The notes: a model not told the origin generated them from the letters alone. Numbered from the stretch's first letter, positions 20,911 to 31,755 are shown. The stretch: 64,000 bases of DNA from Candidatus Latescibacterota bacterium (GCA_965215195.1 CBDCDC010000002.1:32001-96000); one strand, 5' to 3'. Made by a program: numbers and translations.

Positions 20911-21707
20911 GCTTCGGCCCGCTTCTCAAACAGCCACATCCCGATTCCCATGGACGCCAGCCCGACGAGGATAGAGTACGCGACGAACATGAAATTGACC
21001 TCGAGGGAGTCCGGATCTACTTCTACCGGCTTGGTAGGACCGTCGTAGTCGCTCCAGATCGTAACTTCGTACGCACCGAGGACCTCAGGCAAGTTGAGCA
21101 CCTCGGGCAGGGTGCTAAAGTAGAAGTACAACACGCCTAAGACGAAGGCGGTAGAAGCGAGGCCGGTAAAGCGCCGCACCACTAGTTTCAGACCGGCAGC
21201 ACCGCCGGCAATGCCCATCATTACCGCCATCGCCGATAGGTAGAACATCCCGCTGATAACTAGGATGTCCACCCAGAGGTCGCTAAACGGGGGAATGAAA
21301 TGTAGTGCCTGCGATGCTGTTTTGTTCGTCTCGAGTGCGAGTGTGTGCAATTCGCCGAGGACGGTGATGAGACCGGCGCTACTCAACGCGAACAAGACGA
21401 GGCCGAGCGTCGCCACCGCCGCCGCCTTGGCTGCGAAAACTTTCGTGCGCGATACCGGCAGGGAGAGGAGCAGATAATGGGTCTGTCCTTTCACTTCTTG
21501 GGCGAACGAGTGGCTGAGCACAAAGGGCAGGACTAGCAAGAACGCATAGGGCACCAAGCTCCACAGGAAGTGGGGGGACGGAGTATGCGCGTCGTCGAAA
21601 GACAGCACCGCAACGAGCTCTAAGAAGACCGTCAGCAACGGCAGCAAGATGAACAGGGTGCGGTTGTCTTTTATTTCCTTTATGTACAGGGTTTTCCAAG
21701 TATTCAC
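20907..21707 (-). CDS. ABC-2 type permease
   Basis: About 6 TM segments; LLSLPVSRTKVFAAK. Confidence 0.8.
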   Translation of the reverse strand: MNTWKTLYIKEIKDNRTLFILLPLLTVFLELVAVLSFDDAHTPSPHFLWSLVPYAFLLVLPFVLSHSFAQEVKGQTHYLLLSLPVSRTKVFAAKAAAVATLGLVLFALSSAGLITVLGELHTLALETNKTASQALHFIPPFSDLWVDILVISGMFYLSAMAVMMGIAGGAAGLKLVVRRFTGLASTAFVLGVLYFYFSTLPEVLNLPEVLGAYEVTIWSDYDGPTKPVEVDPDSLEVNFMFVAYSILVGLASMGIGMWLFEKRAEA

Positions 21708-22393
21708 GCTACCACCTCCTCGAAAATGTCGCTGAGCGACCGGCCGCGATTTTGCCTCAACTCTTCGATGTTGCCGCTGACCGCGATCTCGCCGTGGCGC
21801 AGAAACACCACCTCTTCGATCAGCTCTTCTACCTCGCTGACGAGATGGGTCGATATCAGAATCGTCTGCTCCCCGGCGCGAAACTCGCTCAGCAAGGTCT
21901 CTAGGATGCGTCGGCGCGATGGCGGGTCGATCCGTCCCAGCGGCTCGTCCATGAGCACCAACTCGCTCGGCCGCGAAAAGGCGGCTACCACCTTCAGCCG
22001 CGCCCGCTGACCATCGGACAGGGTGCCGATTTTCCGCTGGCTATCGACGTTCATCAGGCCGAGCAACTCGTGGGATTTGCCCATGTCCCACCCCGGGAAG
22101 AACGCGGCGAGAAATTCGAGCTGCTCGCCGACGCCCATCCAGTCGTAGAAAGGACTGACCTCGGGCAGGTACGAAGTGATGCGGCGCGTTTGCACGCCGA
22201 CTGGCTGGCCCGAGATACTCGCGCTGCCTTCGCTGGCGTGGGCGACGCCGGCGAGGATTTTGAAGAGCGTGCTCTTGCCGCTTCCATTTTCCCCGAGAAT
22301 GCCCATCACCTGACCCCTTGCGACGGTTAGGGAGATGCCCCCCAAGGCCGTCACACCGGGGTATCGCTTCCACAGGTTCTTTACTTCGATCAT
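21704..22393 (-). CDS. ABC transporter ATP-binding protein
   Basis: GENGSGKST, LSDGQ, LMDEP, STH. Confidence 0.93.
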   Translation of the reverse strand: MIEVKNLWKRYPGVTALGGISLTVARGQVMGILGENGSGKSTLFKILAGVAHASEGSASISGQPVGVQTRRITSYLPEVSPFYDWMGVGEQLEFLAAFFPGWDMGKSHELLGLMNVDSQRKIGTLSDGQRARLKVVAAFSRPSELVLMDEPLGRIDPPSRRRILETLLSEFRAGEQTILISTHLVSEVEELIEEVVFLRHGEIAVSGNIEELRQNRGRSLSDIFEEVVA

Positions 22394-22761
22394 AACGTCA
22401 CCTCCTCTAAAATTTCGCGCAGCAGGTCGTCGATTTGGTCGCGTGCGAGCGCCAAGTCGCGGATCTCGGCGACAAAGCGGTTGCGCGCAGCCCCGGCTAG
22501 GGCGCGGCGCTCGCGGTCGATGCGTTTGGTGCTCTTGGTTATCGACGATCCCTCGCCGCGTCGCGTGGTTATGAATCCTTCGCGCTCCAGTTCCATGTAG
22601 GATCTGGACATGGTATTGGGATTCACGCCCATCTCCTTGGCCATTTCCCGCACCGACGGCAAAGAGCCTCCGGCCTGATAGATCCCTTGAACGGTGCGCT
22701 TTTTCACCGCCTCAATGATCTGCAAATAGATGGGGCGGGTGGGATCAAAATCGAGCGGCAT
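22390..22761 (-). CDS. GntR (YtrA subfamily) regulator
   Basis: PIYLQI, LPSVREMA..GVNPNT; short protein upstream of ABC genes. Confidence 0.92.
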   Translation of the reverse strand: MPLDFDPTRPIYLQIIEAVKKRTVQGIYQAGGSLPSVREMAKEMGVNPNTMSRSYMELEREGFITTRRGEGSSITKSTKRIDRERRALAGAARNRFVAEIRDLALARDQIDDLLREILEEVTL

Positions 22762-22810
22762 CTTCTTTCTCCTTTCTAATCGTGGGGTTCACTTTTTGTT
22801 CCATTACCAT

Positions 22811-22834
22811 AGTTTACTATTTGAATAGTACACT
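22811..22834. promoter_or_regulatory. Probable YtrA operator palindrome overlapping the promoter
   Basis: AGTTTACTATTTGAATAGTACACT, with TTGACT -35 on the minus strand at 22848-22853. Confidence 0.7.
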
Positions 22835-22911
22835 ATTTATACAGATAAGTCAAGGATTTTTTTAAGGGCGGCTTCCCGCGCTCGGAGGGGGATTTTATAG
22901 ATGGGAAAACC

Positions 22912-24489
22912 CTAGACGCGATAGGCAAACAGCTTGGCACCGAGCATGCGCACCCGAATACCGACCGCCTCGCCGGCCGCGGAGATATCGGAACGGCCTT
23001 GCCAGGTCACCACCCGGTCTTCGCAATCACCCGTCAGGCGGTCGCATTCATCAAAGCTAAACCCCGGCAGCGGGTCGGCATCCGGGAGCATCAACGACGG
23101 CAGCTTCTCCAGCAGTTCAACCTGAATCCAGCCGCCCGGCTCGCAGCGATAGTTGAGGCGCAGCTCGTCGTGGGCGCGGAACAGGGAGGGCAGGGAGAAG
23201 CTGCCCTCGGCGCTGGCGCGCACCCCGCAGAACCGGTGTGGACGCCAGCGCGCCCAGCGAATCTGCTGCGGCTGCCGCGCAGGAAAGAGCTCGGCCACCT
23301 TGTCGGCGGGGCAATCGTGAATGACCGAGAAGGCTGCGTATGGACAGGCCCAGTGCCCATCGGGCAGCTCGACGAGGCCGCTGCGCCAGAAGTGGGCCAT
23401 GCACTCGTCGCCATCTCCCTCGGCGCCCAGCGGCAGGATGGGCCGGCGCTCGGGACGGGACCAGTAGAGGCCGTCGCGGCTGAAGGCGATCTGCCCGTCG
23501 ATGGTGCTGGCGATCTGGTGGTACACCGGGATGAGCATGCCGTGCAGGTCGTCGCGGCCCGGGTAGGGAAAGTAGTTCGCGCCGTAAAAGCTGATGTCGG
23601 GCGGGTCCTCGGTATCGGGGTGATGGACCAGCTTGGGAGCGGGCCAACTGGCAAAGTCGGAGGTGCGCGAAAAGCCGATTGTGCGGATCTGCATGCCCTG
23701 TTCGAGCCGGTTGACACCAATGCCTTCGAGCAGTTCGGCCGGGTAGCCCATTAGCTGGATGTAGGCAAAGTAGGTGCCGCGGTGTTCGTCGTAGCGGGCC
23801 GATATGCCGCCGTTGACCGGCCGGTGCGCCAGCGGCTCGGCGACGGGAGCCCAGTGGAGGCCGTCGGCGGACGTCCAGGCAAACATCTGGCCCGTGATTT
23901 CGGCTCTGGGACCGGTGTAATTCTCTTGCTCCTGCTCGGCTTGGATGCGCCGGGATGGCTCGTCGCCAGACAGCTCTTCACCGCTGTCCGGATCCCACCA
24001 GTACATGCGGCCGCCCATCGCCTTGAAGTGCTCCTCGGGCGGTGCGTTGGGGTCTGCAAAGACTCCGGTAGCCCCTTTGCATGAGTTGGCGATCAGGTTG
24101 TTGTTGGACGAGCCGTTGAATTCGACCTCGTTCAGGACGGGCCGCGTCCAGCTATACGCATCGTCGCTGACCGCGTAACACTGGCCGCCCTCGCTGTCGT
24201 AGAGCAAGTGATAGCGCCCGTCCCGCTGCCAGATGTAGAGCGGCGAGACGTGGGTGCCTTCCCACTCCATTGCCGCTTGCAGGATCGGCGCGGACTTGGC
24301 GGCCTCCTCGATCTCAAAGCGGATGCCAAGCGGGGCGTCATAGAGCTCCAGCTCACCGTGCCGACTGGTGCCACGGTGTCCCGGAAAGACGTCGATCATA
24401 TCGACGAGAGGACTCCAAGCGCCTGTGTTTAGGCGAATTCGGGGCGGGCGGCGGCTGGGTGCTTTCCTTTTATTGCTGTGGTCGGTCAT
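22912..24489 (-). CDS. Hypothetical glycoside-hydrolase-like beta-propeller protein
   Basis: Asp-box-like SDDAYSW, SADGLHW, SRDGLYW; C-terminal LPGFSFDECD domain. Confidence 0.65.
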   Translation of the reverse strand: MTDHSNKRKAPSRRPPRIRLNTGAWSPLVDMIDVFPGHRGTSRHGELELYDAPLGIRFEIEEAAKSAPILQAAMEWEGTHVSPLYIWQRDGRYHLLYDSEGGQCYAVSDDAYSWTRPVLNEVEFNGSSNNNLIANSCKGATGVFADPNAPPEEHFKAMGGRMYWWDPDSGEELSGDEPSRRIQAEQEQENYTGPRAEITGQMFAWTSADGLHWAPVAEPLAHRPVNGGISARYDEHRGTYFAYIQLMGYPAELLEGIGVNRLEQGMQIRTIGFSRTSDFASWPAPKLVHHPDTEDPPDISFYGANYFPYPGRDDLHGMLIPVYHQIASTIDGQIAFSRDGLYWSRPERRPILPLGAEGDGDECMAHFWRSGLVELPDGHWACPYAAFSVIHDCPADKVAELFPARQPQQIRWARWRPHRFCGVRASAEGSFSLPSLFRAHDELRLNYRCEPGGWIQVELLEKLPSLMLPDADPLPGFSFDECDRLTGDCEDRVVTWQGRSDISAAGEAVGIRVRMLGAKLFAYRV

Positions 24490-24802
24490 TGAGGCAGCCT
24501 CCTCGGGGGGGTGACAGTGTAGTGGACTCTAAAGACTGGATTGCTGGTTACGGCGAAACTATCTTACGAGCTGATGTTACGCGCCATTCAGGCGTTGGTG
24601 CTCCTTGCGCGTCTGTCCGAATGACACCCGACCGGCGGCCGCAAGCAGCAGACGCGGCATAAGAGCCTGCCCCTGCCAAGGCTGGGATGCGGAACATCAG
24701 TTACGAGGGAAAATATGGTTCCACTTCCATGTTCGTAAAATATATAGGTCTCAACAACACACTCGATCTTGTGCAGATACCCTACTCTGAAAGGAAAATC
24801 CC

Positions 24803-26077
24803 ATGAAAGTCACCCATATTGAACGCATTATCGTGGATGTCCCGTTCACGCCCAGACAGCAGGAGATAACCCGCCAGTCGGTTTACAACTGGTCCATCCT
24901 CGAGTTGTGTAAGGTAGAAACCGACACGGGTCACGTGGGCTGGGGAGAGACCGTCATTCACTACACCTACGGCCGGGTGACCGATGATGCGGTTGCGCGC
25001 ACAATCGGTCAAAGCCCGGCCGAACTGATGCACGACGACAGCTTGGGTGCTGGTTTGCAAATGGCGCTGTTCGACGTGGTCGGCAAGATCCTCGAAGTCC
25101 CGCTGCATCGGCTGCTGGGCACCAAAGTGCGCGACTGGACGCCGATCTCTTGGTGGTGTAGTCACTCCTCGCCAGAAAACTGGGCGGCCGAAGCGGCCGA
25201 GGCCGTGGCGCAAGGGTACACCAATCTCAAGAACAAACCGAGGCCCTGGCACGACATTGTCGCGCAGGTCAATGCCGTATCCAAGGTGGTGCCCCCCCAT
25301 TTCCATCTCGATCTCGACCCCAACGGCTCTTGGGAGAACGCGGCCAACGCCATTCCGCTCATAAAAAAGCTCGAGCGCTACGAAAACGTGGCCATGTTCG
25401 AAACGCCCATCCCGCAGGAGGACATTCTCGGCAATCGCCAGATCCGCCGGGCCGTGAACAGGCCGGTGGCCATGCACTTTGGTTCGCCGCCGTTTCTCAC
25501 GGCGGTGCGCGAAGAAGTTTGCGACGGCTTTGTGATTGGGGGCGGCAAATCATTGACCATGCGCCAGGGGCAATGTGCCGCGGAAGTTTCCATGCCGTTC
25601 TGGTTGCAGATCGTCGGCAATGGGTTGACGACCACGTGGGACGCCCATCTCGGCTCGGTGCTAACGCACGCCCGGTGGCCGGCGATCAGTTGTATCAATA
25701 TGTACAGCCACCATCTGCTGACCGATCCCGTTCAGGTGATCAACGGGCACCAGCGGGTCCCCGACGGGCCGGGCCTCGGCGTTGAGGTGGATGAAGCGGC
25801 GGTTGAGCAATACCGCGTTCCGCAGGAGACGCTCGAGGAACATGCGCGTCAGGGGCAACTCTACACCCACCCGAAACCGCGGCTGATCAGCACCATCGTT
25901 TACCCTGACGGCACCTGCATACACATGGAGTACCCCAGCGTGCCGGGAACCTATGTGGAGGGTGTGCGCACCGAAATCTGGGAGGACGATGGCTCGCAAG
26001 AATGGCAGGGCCTGTACCAGCGGGTGCAAAAGGAGAAGCAGGTGGTCAGTCGGTGGGAGGGGCCGTTCAACGATTAG
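24803..26077 (+). CDS. Mandelate racemase/muconate lactonising enzyme (enolase superfamily)
   Basis: ETDTGHVGWGE, ALFDVVGK, KNK, DPNGSW, ETP, PGLGVEVD. Confidence 0.88.
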   Translation: MKVTHIERIIVDVPFTPRQQEITRQSVYNWSILELCKVETDTGHVGWGETVIHYTYGRVTDDAVARTIGQSPAELMHDDSLGAGLQMALFDVVGKILEVPLHRLLGTKVRDWTPISWWCSHSSPENWAAEAAEAVAQGYTNLKNKPRPWHDIVAQVNAVSKVVPPHFHLDLDPNGSWENAANAIPLIKKLERYENVAMFETPIPQEDILGNRQIRRAVNRPVAMHFGSPPFLTAVREEVCDGFVIGGGKSLTMRQGQCAAEVSMPFWLQIVGNGLTTTWDAHLGSVLTHARWPAISCINMYSHHLLTDPVQVINGHQRVPDGPGLGVEVDEAAVEQYRVPQETLEEHARQGQLYTHPKPRLISTIVYPDGTCIHMEYPSVPGTYVEGVRTEIWEDDGSQEWQGLYQRVQKEKQVVSRWEGPFND

Positions 26078-27744
26078 CTGGTCACCGCCCCTTGGGCTGC
26101 CGACGACACCGAGCGGGCGTATTTGGCCATCACGCCGGAGGTGTAGCGCGGCGGCGGGGCCTCCCAAGAAGCTAGGCGGGATTGGAGCTCGGCTTCGTCT
26201 AGTGCTGCGTCCAAACGGCCGGTCGTGGTGTCGATGGTGATGCTATCGCCGTCGTGCAGGACGGCCAAGGGGCCGCCCACCGCAGCTTCGGGCGCGGCGT
26301 GGCCGATCATGAGGCCGCGGGTAGCGCCCGAGAAGCGGCCATCGGTGACCAAGGCCACAGAATCCCCCAAACCCGCCCCCACAATGGCACCGGTGACGGC
26401 TAGCATCTCGCGCATGCCCGGTCCGCCGCGGGGGCCTTCGTAGCGGATGACCACCACGTCGCCGGGCTGGATGTGGCCCTGCTCAATGGCCGGCATGACC
26501 GCGTCCTCGCTGTCGAAGACGCGGGCCGGGCCTTGGTGCTGGGTGCGTTCGTGCCCGGCCAATTTCACCACCGCGCCTTCGGGGGCGAGATTGCCCTTGA
26601 GCACGACTAGGCCCCCTGATTTTTTGAGGGGTTTATCGACTGGGACCACGACCTGCTGGCCGGGGGTTTCCACGGCGCGGTCGGCCTCTTGGCCAATGGT
26701 GCGGCCCGATACCGTGAGGGCGTCCTCGTGCAGCAGGCCGGCTTCCTTGAGGCGGTGGGCCACCAAGGCGATGCCGCCGGCTTGGTCCAAGTCGGGGGCG
26801 ACAAAGCGGCCGCCGGGCTTGAGATCGACCAAGAGTGGGGTGGAACTGCTCAAGGTCTGGAAATCCTCTATGTCCAGTTCCAATCCGGCCTCCCGGGCAA
26901 TGGCCAAAAAATGCAGTACGCCGTTGGTCGAACCGCCGGTGGTGGCAATGGAGCGGATGGCGTTGTCGAGGGCGGGGCGGGTGATGATCTGCGAGGGTTT
27001 GCGATTGCGCCGCACCAACTCAACGGCTAGACCCCCGACTTGGGCCCCGACGGCTTCCTTGCGCGGGTCCGTGGCCGGCACCGAGCCCGAGCCCATGAGG
27101 GCCACGCCGAGGAGCTCGGCCGCGGTGGCCATGGTATTGGCGGTGAACTGACCGCCGCAGGAGCCGGCTCCGGGGCAAGCACTCTCTTCGAGGAGGCGCA
27201 ATTGGTCGTCGTCAATGCGGCCGGTGGCGTGGGCACCGATGGCTTCGTACACGTCTTGGATGGTGATGTCAGCTTGGTCGTGGTGGCCGGGCATAATTGA
27301 GCCGCCGTAGAGCAGCACTGAGGGGATGTCCAAGCGGCACATGGCCATAATGGCCCCTGGGGTGGTCTTGTCGCAGCCAGTGAGGGCGACAAAGCCGTCG
27401 AGCATGTGCCCGCGCACCACTAGTTCCATGGAGTCGGCGATGACTTCGCGCGAAACGAGCGAGGTCTTCATGCCTTCGGTGCCCATGGTGATGCCGTCGG
27501 AGATCACCACCGTATTGAATTCGAGAGGGGTGCCGCCGGCCCGGCGGACGCCGGCCTTGACGTGCTCGGCTAGGCCGCGCAGGCCAAAATTGCAGGGGCC
27601 CAGCTCGGTCCAGGTATTGGCGATGCCGATGAGGGGTTTGCGCAGGGCCTCGGCGTCGAAGCCGGCGGCCCGGTACATGGCGCGGGCACCGGCCCGGGAC
27701 GGGCCTTGGGTGATGTGCTTGCTGATGGGGGTGGAGTCGGTCAT
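26074..27744 (-). CDS. ilvD: Dihydroxy-acid dehydratase
   Basis: PCN, SDGITMG, GCDKT, CGGQFTANTM, GGSTN, GPGMREM, TDGRFSG. Confidence 0.96.
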   Translation of the reverse strand: MTDSTPISKHITQGPSRAGARAMYRAAGFDAEALRKPLIGIANTWTELGPCNFGLRGLAEHVKAGVRRAGGTPLEFNTVVISDGITMGTEGMKTSLVSREVIADSMELVVRGHMLDGFVALTGCDKTTPGAIMAMCRLDIPSVLLYGGSIMPGHHDQADITIQDVYEAIGAHATGRIDDDQLRLLEESACPGAGSCGGQFTANTMATAAELLGVALMGSGSVPATDPRKEAVGAQVGGLAVELVRRNRKPSQIITRPALDNAIRSIATTGGSTNGVLHFLAIAREAGLELDIEDFQTLSSSTPLLVDLKPGGRFVAPDLDQAGGIALVAHRLKEAGLLHEDALTVSGRTIGQEADRAVETPGQQVVVPVDKPLKKSGGLVVLKGNLAPEGAVVKLAGHERTQHQGPARVFDSEDAVMPAIEQGHIQPGDVVVIRYEGPRGGPGMREMLAVTGAIVGAGLGDSVALVTDGRFSGATRGLMIGHAAPEAAVGGPLAVLHDGDSITIDTTTGRLDAALDEAELQSRLASWEAPPPRYTSGVMAKYARSVSSAAQGAVTS

Positions 27745-27966
27745 GGCGCGGGCTTTCTATGGCAGGTTGAGGATAAATTGCGGTTCGTCAAAATCTATGT
27801 GGGCTGCCAAGTCGGTAGACGTGGGGATTCTGGTTGCTGAGGGGAAGTAAAACGAAAGACGGATAGTAGCGTCTGAGTTTTGCCCTGTCAACTTGTTGCC
27901 AATGCTGTCCCGACATACTTTTGTCGCGCTTGTAGCCTTACTCTTTACCCTATAAAGGAGGTCGTC

Positions 27967-28623
27967 ATGCGCCCCTTACTATCGTCTATCGCGTTCCTCT
28001 GCCTGCTCGTCTGGCCGCTCGCCGCCCAAGACGAGGCCCTCCTCGGCACTTGGGAGGGGACCTATGTCGGTGAGGAAAGCAGCGAGATTACCATGCGTCT
28101 GACCTTTGAGGCGGATGGCACCTTTGCGCTCGCCCAAGATGTCGCGGTAGGAGAAGGCGATGTCGAATTGCCCCTAGAGATATTCTCTGTTCAGTTCAGC
28201 GGGACCTATCAAGTCTCGGGCGACAGCCTCTGGGTTTATATAGCCGAATTATATTATCTCATCGACGGTGAGAAGATGAACTCCGTTGAGTTAGTCGAGC
28301 TGGTGAAGGAATTTTACAGCGGCTTCGCCCGTGGTTTAGCCCCTTTAGCCGCGGATCTAGAGGGAGTCTCCGACGAGGATTACCCGGCGTATGAACAGGC
28401 GTTCGTCGATGAGTTCCTCGCTGAATTCGATGAGGACGAGTTCCTTGCTGGGTTAGGATTCGGTGAATTCGAGAAGATAAATGGCACCTATGCCATTGAG
28501 GGGGATACTTTGTTGATCACTACTGCGGAGGATGGGGTCGAAACCTTGGCATTCCAGCGCATGGATGTCGCCAGCGCGGTCGCCCCAACTAGCTGGGGCC
28601 GCCTAAAAGCGGCTGGGCGTTAG
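27967..28623 (+). CDS. Secreted acidic hypothetical protein with C-terminal VAPTSWGRLK motif
   Basis: Signal peptide, LLGTW lipocalin-like start, AGGAGG RBS. Confidence 0.7.
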   Translation: MRPLLSSIAFLCLLVWPLAAQDEALLGTWEGTYVGEESSEITMRLTFEADGTFALAQDVAVGEGDVELPLEIFSVQFSGTYQVSGDSLWVYIAELYYLIDGEKMNSVELVELVKEFYSGFARGLAPLAADLEGVSDEDYPAYEQAFVDEFLAEFDEDEFLAGLGFGEFEKINGTYAIEGDTLLITTAEDGVETLAFQRMDVASAVAPTSWGRLKAAGR

Positions 28624-28721
28624 CCGTTTCCAAAGGGATTTTTCGCTGAAGGCGACGAATGTAGCTCAGTGTTCCCAACGCTCGGCGCAAAAAATAGCGG
28701 TCCTTAAAGGGAGAAAAACAG

Positions 28722-29750
28722 ATGAAATTCATCTACTTTACCGACATCCACCTCGACACCGGGATAGACGCCCGCCGGGGATTTGAGCTGTGCGTGGAGT
28801 CCATGTTGGCGCATCAGCCCGCAGCCTTGGTCAACGGCGGCGATTTGGGCGTCACGGATACAGCGCTAACCCAGTACGCCCAAATCATGGAGAGTGTATC
28901 CGTACCGGTGCTGTTGAGCCACGGCAACCACGAGATGTGCAGCGGCTACTTGCCCCGGGACCAAGGGGGAACAATGCACGCCAGCGCCGATATGGGCGGC
29001 GTCCACTTTGTGCTGCTGGACGTGGTGCATTATTTCGAGCCGACCGAGGATCATCCGGCCAACTGGCACGTCTTGGCCGACGAGGGTTTGTTGGAGTGGC
29101 TGGCTGCGGATTTGGCGGGGCTGGACCGGGCCACGCCGCTGGTCGTGGTCAGCCACGTGCCCATATCGACGACCTTTCCCCAGCGCACCGGTCAGGTGCC
29201 GGACATGGCTTTCCCCACCAACGAGATGGCCGGGGCGCAGCGCTTGCTGACGCTATTGCAGCCGTTTGCACAGGTGATCACCTTGCACGGCCACGAGCAC
29301 GAAAACTGCCGCCACTTCGTCGGCTCTATGGAGATCATGACCACCGCGGCCGTGGCGGGCAATTGGTGGCGCAGCGGGCTGGAAAGCCGCGGCCCGCAAG
29401 GACGCGAACCCCAAGGGTATCGGGTGGTCGAGGTCGATGCGGAAGGGGGTTTCAGGAGCCAGTACCACGCCTTTCAGCCGCACCAAGACGAGGCGGTGGA
29501 ACTGTGTCGGCAGCCCGATTCGGGTCGCCGCTTTGTCAATGTGTTCGATGGTTCGCCGCGCACGCGGGTTGAGGTGCGGGACTTGGGGCCGCTGGTCCCA
29601 ATCGATCCGCTGGCCGAATCGTCGCACGGTTTGGCGACGCACCTGTGGGAATTGCCGGCCGACTTTGACCGGCAACAGGTGGAGGTGCGGGTGGTTTTTG
29701 AGGACGGGCGGGAATGCGCAGGGGTGCTGGAGGCGCGGGTGTGGGAGTGA
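28722..29750 (+). CDS. Metallophosphoesterase
   Basis: DIH, GGD, GNHE, GHEH. Confidence 0.9.
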   Translation: MKFIYFTDIHLDTGIDARRGFELCVESMLAHQPAALVNGGDLGVTDTALTQYAQIMESVSVPVLLSHGNHEMCSGYLPRDQGGTMHASADMGGVHFVLLDVVHYFEPTEDHPANWHVLADEGLLEWLAADLAGLDRATPLVVVSHVPISTTFPQRTGQVPDMAFPTNEMAGAQRLLTLLQPFAQVITLHGHEHENCRHFVGSMEIMTTAAVAGNWWRSGLESRGPQGREPQGYRVVEVDAEGGFRSQYHAFQPHQDEAVELCRQPDSGRRFVNVFDGSPRTRVEVRDLGPLVPIDPLAESSHGLATHLWELPADFDRQQVEVRVVFEDGRECAGVLEARVWE

Positions 29751-29793
29751 TGTCTATGCTGTTCAGCGGTTTTGGTGGACGGAATATCGCGGC

Positions 29794-30024
29794 TCAGGAA
29801 GCGGCCCTGTTTTTCTCTTCCATTAAGGCGATGAGTTGACGCACGACCGGGGCTAGTTCGAGAGGCACCTGCATCACAGTATAGCCCTGTTCAAAGGCGG
29901 CTTCATCTTCGGCGATAGCCTCTTCTTCGCTCTGGTTTTCGTAGTGTTCAATGACCCTCTGGACGCGCTCCTGATTCCATCCCTCGGGGTATTTATTTCT
30001 ATCTATTTTATTCATAGAAGTCAC
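29794..30024 (-). CDS. Small antitoxin-like hypothetical protein
   Basis: YPEGWNQERVQRVIEHYE..AIAEDEA; downstream of a BrnT-like ORF. Confidence 0.6.
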   Translation of the reverse strand: MTSMNKIDRNKYPEGWNQERVQRVIEHYENQSEEEAIAEDEAAFEQGYTVMQVPLELAPVVRQLIALMEEKNRAAS

Positions 30025-30025
30025 C

Positions 30026-30207
30026 TTATCCTCTCCTGCGTTGGCGGCGGCGAAGACTCCTCAATTCATTACCGCGCATATCGAAAGCGGTAATAATGAA
30101 AAAGCTATCGGGCTTGTAGATGACGCGCAGATACCGACCGCCCCGCGTCTGCCCCAGAGCTAAACGAGCACCGTCGCGACCGGGGCGATGTTCCAGCGCG
30201 TTGAACA
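30026..30207 (-). pseudogene. BrnT-like toxin, probably 5'-eroded
   Basis: ALGQTRGGRYLRVIY...IITAFDM. Confidence 0.55.
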
Positions 30208-30279
30208 TTACGTCTTCCTCATCGCAACATCGTTTCTGCGATTCACCCCTGCGGACGCGGGGGCAAGACAAGGTTCTAT

Positions 30280-31746
30280 ATGAAACGCATCCTCTTGGCC
30301 AAGTTCAATCACGAAGTCGGCAGCTTTAACCCCCAACGCACCTATTACGACGACTTCGCGATCCACCGGGGGGCAGACCTTATAGCCGCCGCCCGCTCGT
30401 CCAATTCCACGCTGGCCGGCAATATCGACGTTCTCCAAGCCCGTCCCGACGTCGAACTGGTCCCCGCGTACGGGGCTTGGTGCCCTACCACCGGCGGCTT
30501 GGTTGCCGATCGCGACATGGAGCGCCTCATCGGCGAATTGTTGGCCGCCATTGAGGCCCACGCCCCGGCCGACGCGGTCTGTCTTTCCCTGCACGGGGCC
30601 ATGGCCGGCGAAACCGAAGTCGATCCCGAAGGCCGCGTCGCGTCCGGCATCCGGCAAATCGTCGGGGACGTGCCCATGGTCGCGGCCATGGATTTGCACG
30701 CGGTCGTCTCGCAACGGCTGGTTGATGCAGCCGACGCCTTGGTCTTTCTCCACACCTATCCGCACACGGATATGCGCGACACCGGCCAGCGCGCGGCCCG
30801 CCTGCTGTTGCGCCAATTGGACGGGCACGTCAAGCCCACCACCGCCCGCGTCCCCATCCCGTTACTGGCTCGCGGCGACGAACTCATCACCGCCCGCGGC
30901 CGCTTTGGCCAAGCCATCCGCCGCTGCCGAGAAATTGAGGCGTCTTTAGGGGGTCTGGCGGCCGGCGTCGTCATTGGCAACCCCTTTACCGACGTGCCCG
31001 ATTTGCAGTCCAACGCACTGGTCACCACCGACGACGACCCAGCCCGCGCCCAAGAGCTGGCGCTCGAACTAGCCCGCTTCATGTGGGAAAACCGCCCCCA
31101 CTGGATCCCCAAACTGACCCCGCTCGAACAAGCCGTGCGTCTAGCCGCAGAGACCGAGGGCCTCACGGTGTTCTCGGACGCCGCGGATTCCACGGCCTCG
31201 GGTGCCACCGGCGACAGCAACGCCATTCTCAAGGGCCTGCTCCAATACAACTACAGCAAGTGCGCCCTCATTCCCATAGTGGATGCGCCCGCGGTGGAAG
31301 CCGCCTACCGGACTGGAGTCGGGGGCCGGTTTACTTGGCCGCTGGGCGGCACCCTCGACCCGCAGCGCTTTGCGCCGGTGGAATTGCCCTTGTACGTCAA
31401 AAGCCTGTCCGACGGGGCCTTCACCACTGAAGATGGGTATGTAGTGCCGCCTAGCCGCAGCGCCATTTTGACCAGCGGCAAACTCACGCTACTGGTGACC
31501 CAAGCAGCCACCCCCATCGTCGGCCGCAAGGTGTACCAAAGCGAGGGCCACGATCCGGCCGACTACGATTTGGTCGTGTGCAAATCGCCCAACGGCTTCC
31601 GCACCCACTACGAGGCCATAGCCGCCCGCATTGTCGCGGTGGACGTGCCCGGGTCCACCAGTGCCAACCTCAAAACCTTGCCCTACCAGCACTGTGTGCG
31701 CCCCATTTTCCCGCTGGACGACGGGGTGGTGCCGCCTTTTGCGTAG
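30280..31746 (+). CDS. M81/MlrC family metallopeptidase
   Basis: HEVGSF, LHGAM, DLHA, TYPHTD, DSTASG. Confidence 0.9.
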   Translation: MKRILLAKFNHEVGSFNPQRTYYDDFAIHRGADLIAAARSSNSTLAGNIDVLQARPDVELVPAYGAWCPTTGGLVADRDMERLIGELLAAIEAHAPADAVCLSLHGAMAGETEVDPEGRVASGIRQIVGDVPMVAAMDLHAVVSQRLVDAADALVFLHTYPHTDMRDTGQRAARLLLRQLDGHVKPTTARVPIPLLARGDELITARGRFGQAIRRCREIEASLGGLAAGVVIGNPFTDVPDLQSNALVTTDDDPARAQELALELARFMWENRPHWIPKLTPLEQAVRLAAETEGLTVFSDAADSTASGATGDSNAILKGLLQYNYSKCALIPIVDAPAVEAAYRTGVGGRFTWPLGGTLDPQRFAPVELPLYVKSLSDGAFTTEDGYVVPPSRSAILTSGKLTLLVTQAATPIVGRKVYQSEGHDPADYDLVVCKSPNGFRTHYEAIAARIVAVDVPGSTSANLKTLPYQHCVRPIFPLDDGVVPPFA

Positions 31747-31755
31747 GGGCCGGTT

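Noticed and set aside
21704-22393. This ABC ATPase as partner of the repeated permeases
   Set aside because: It is coupled to its own GntR and permease, 16 kb away. Nothing in the sequence links it to the array.
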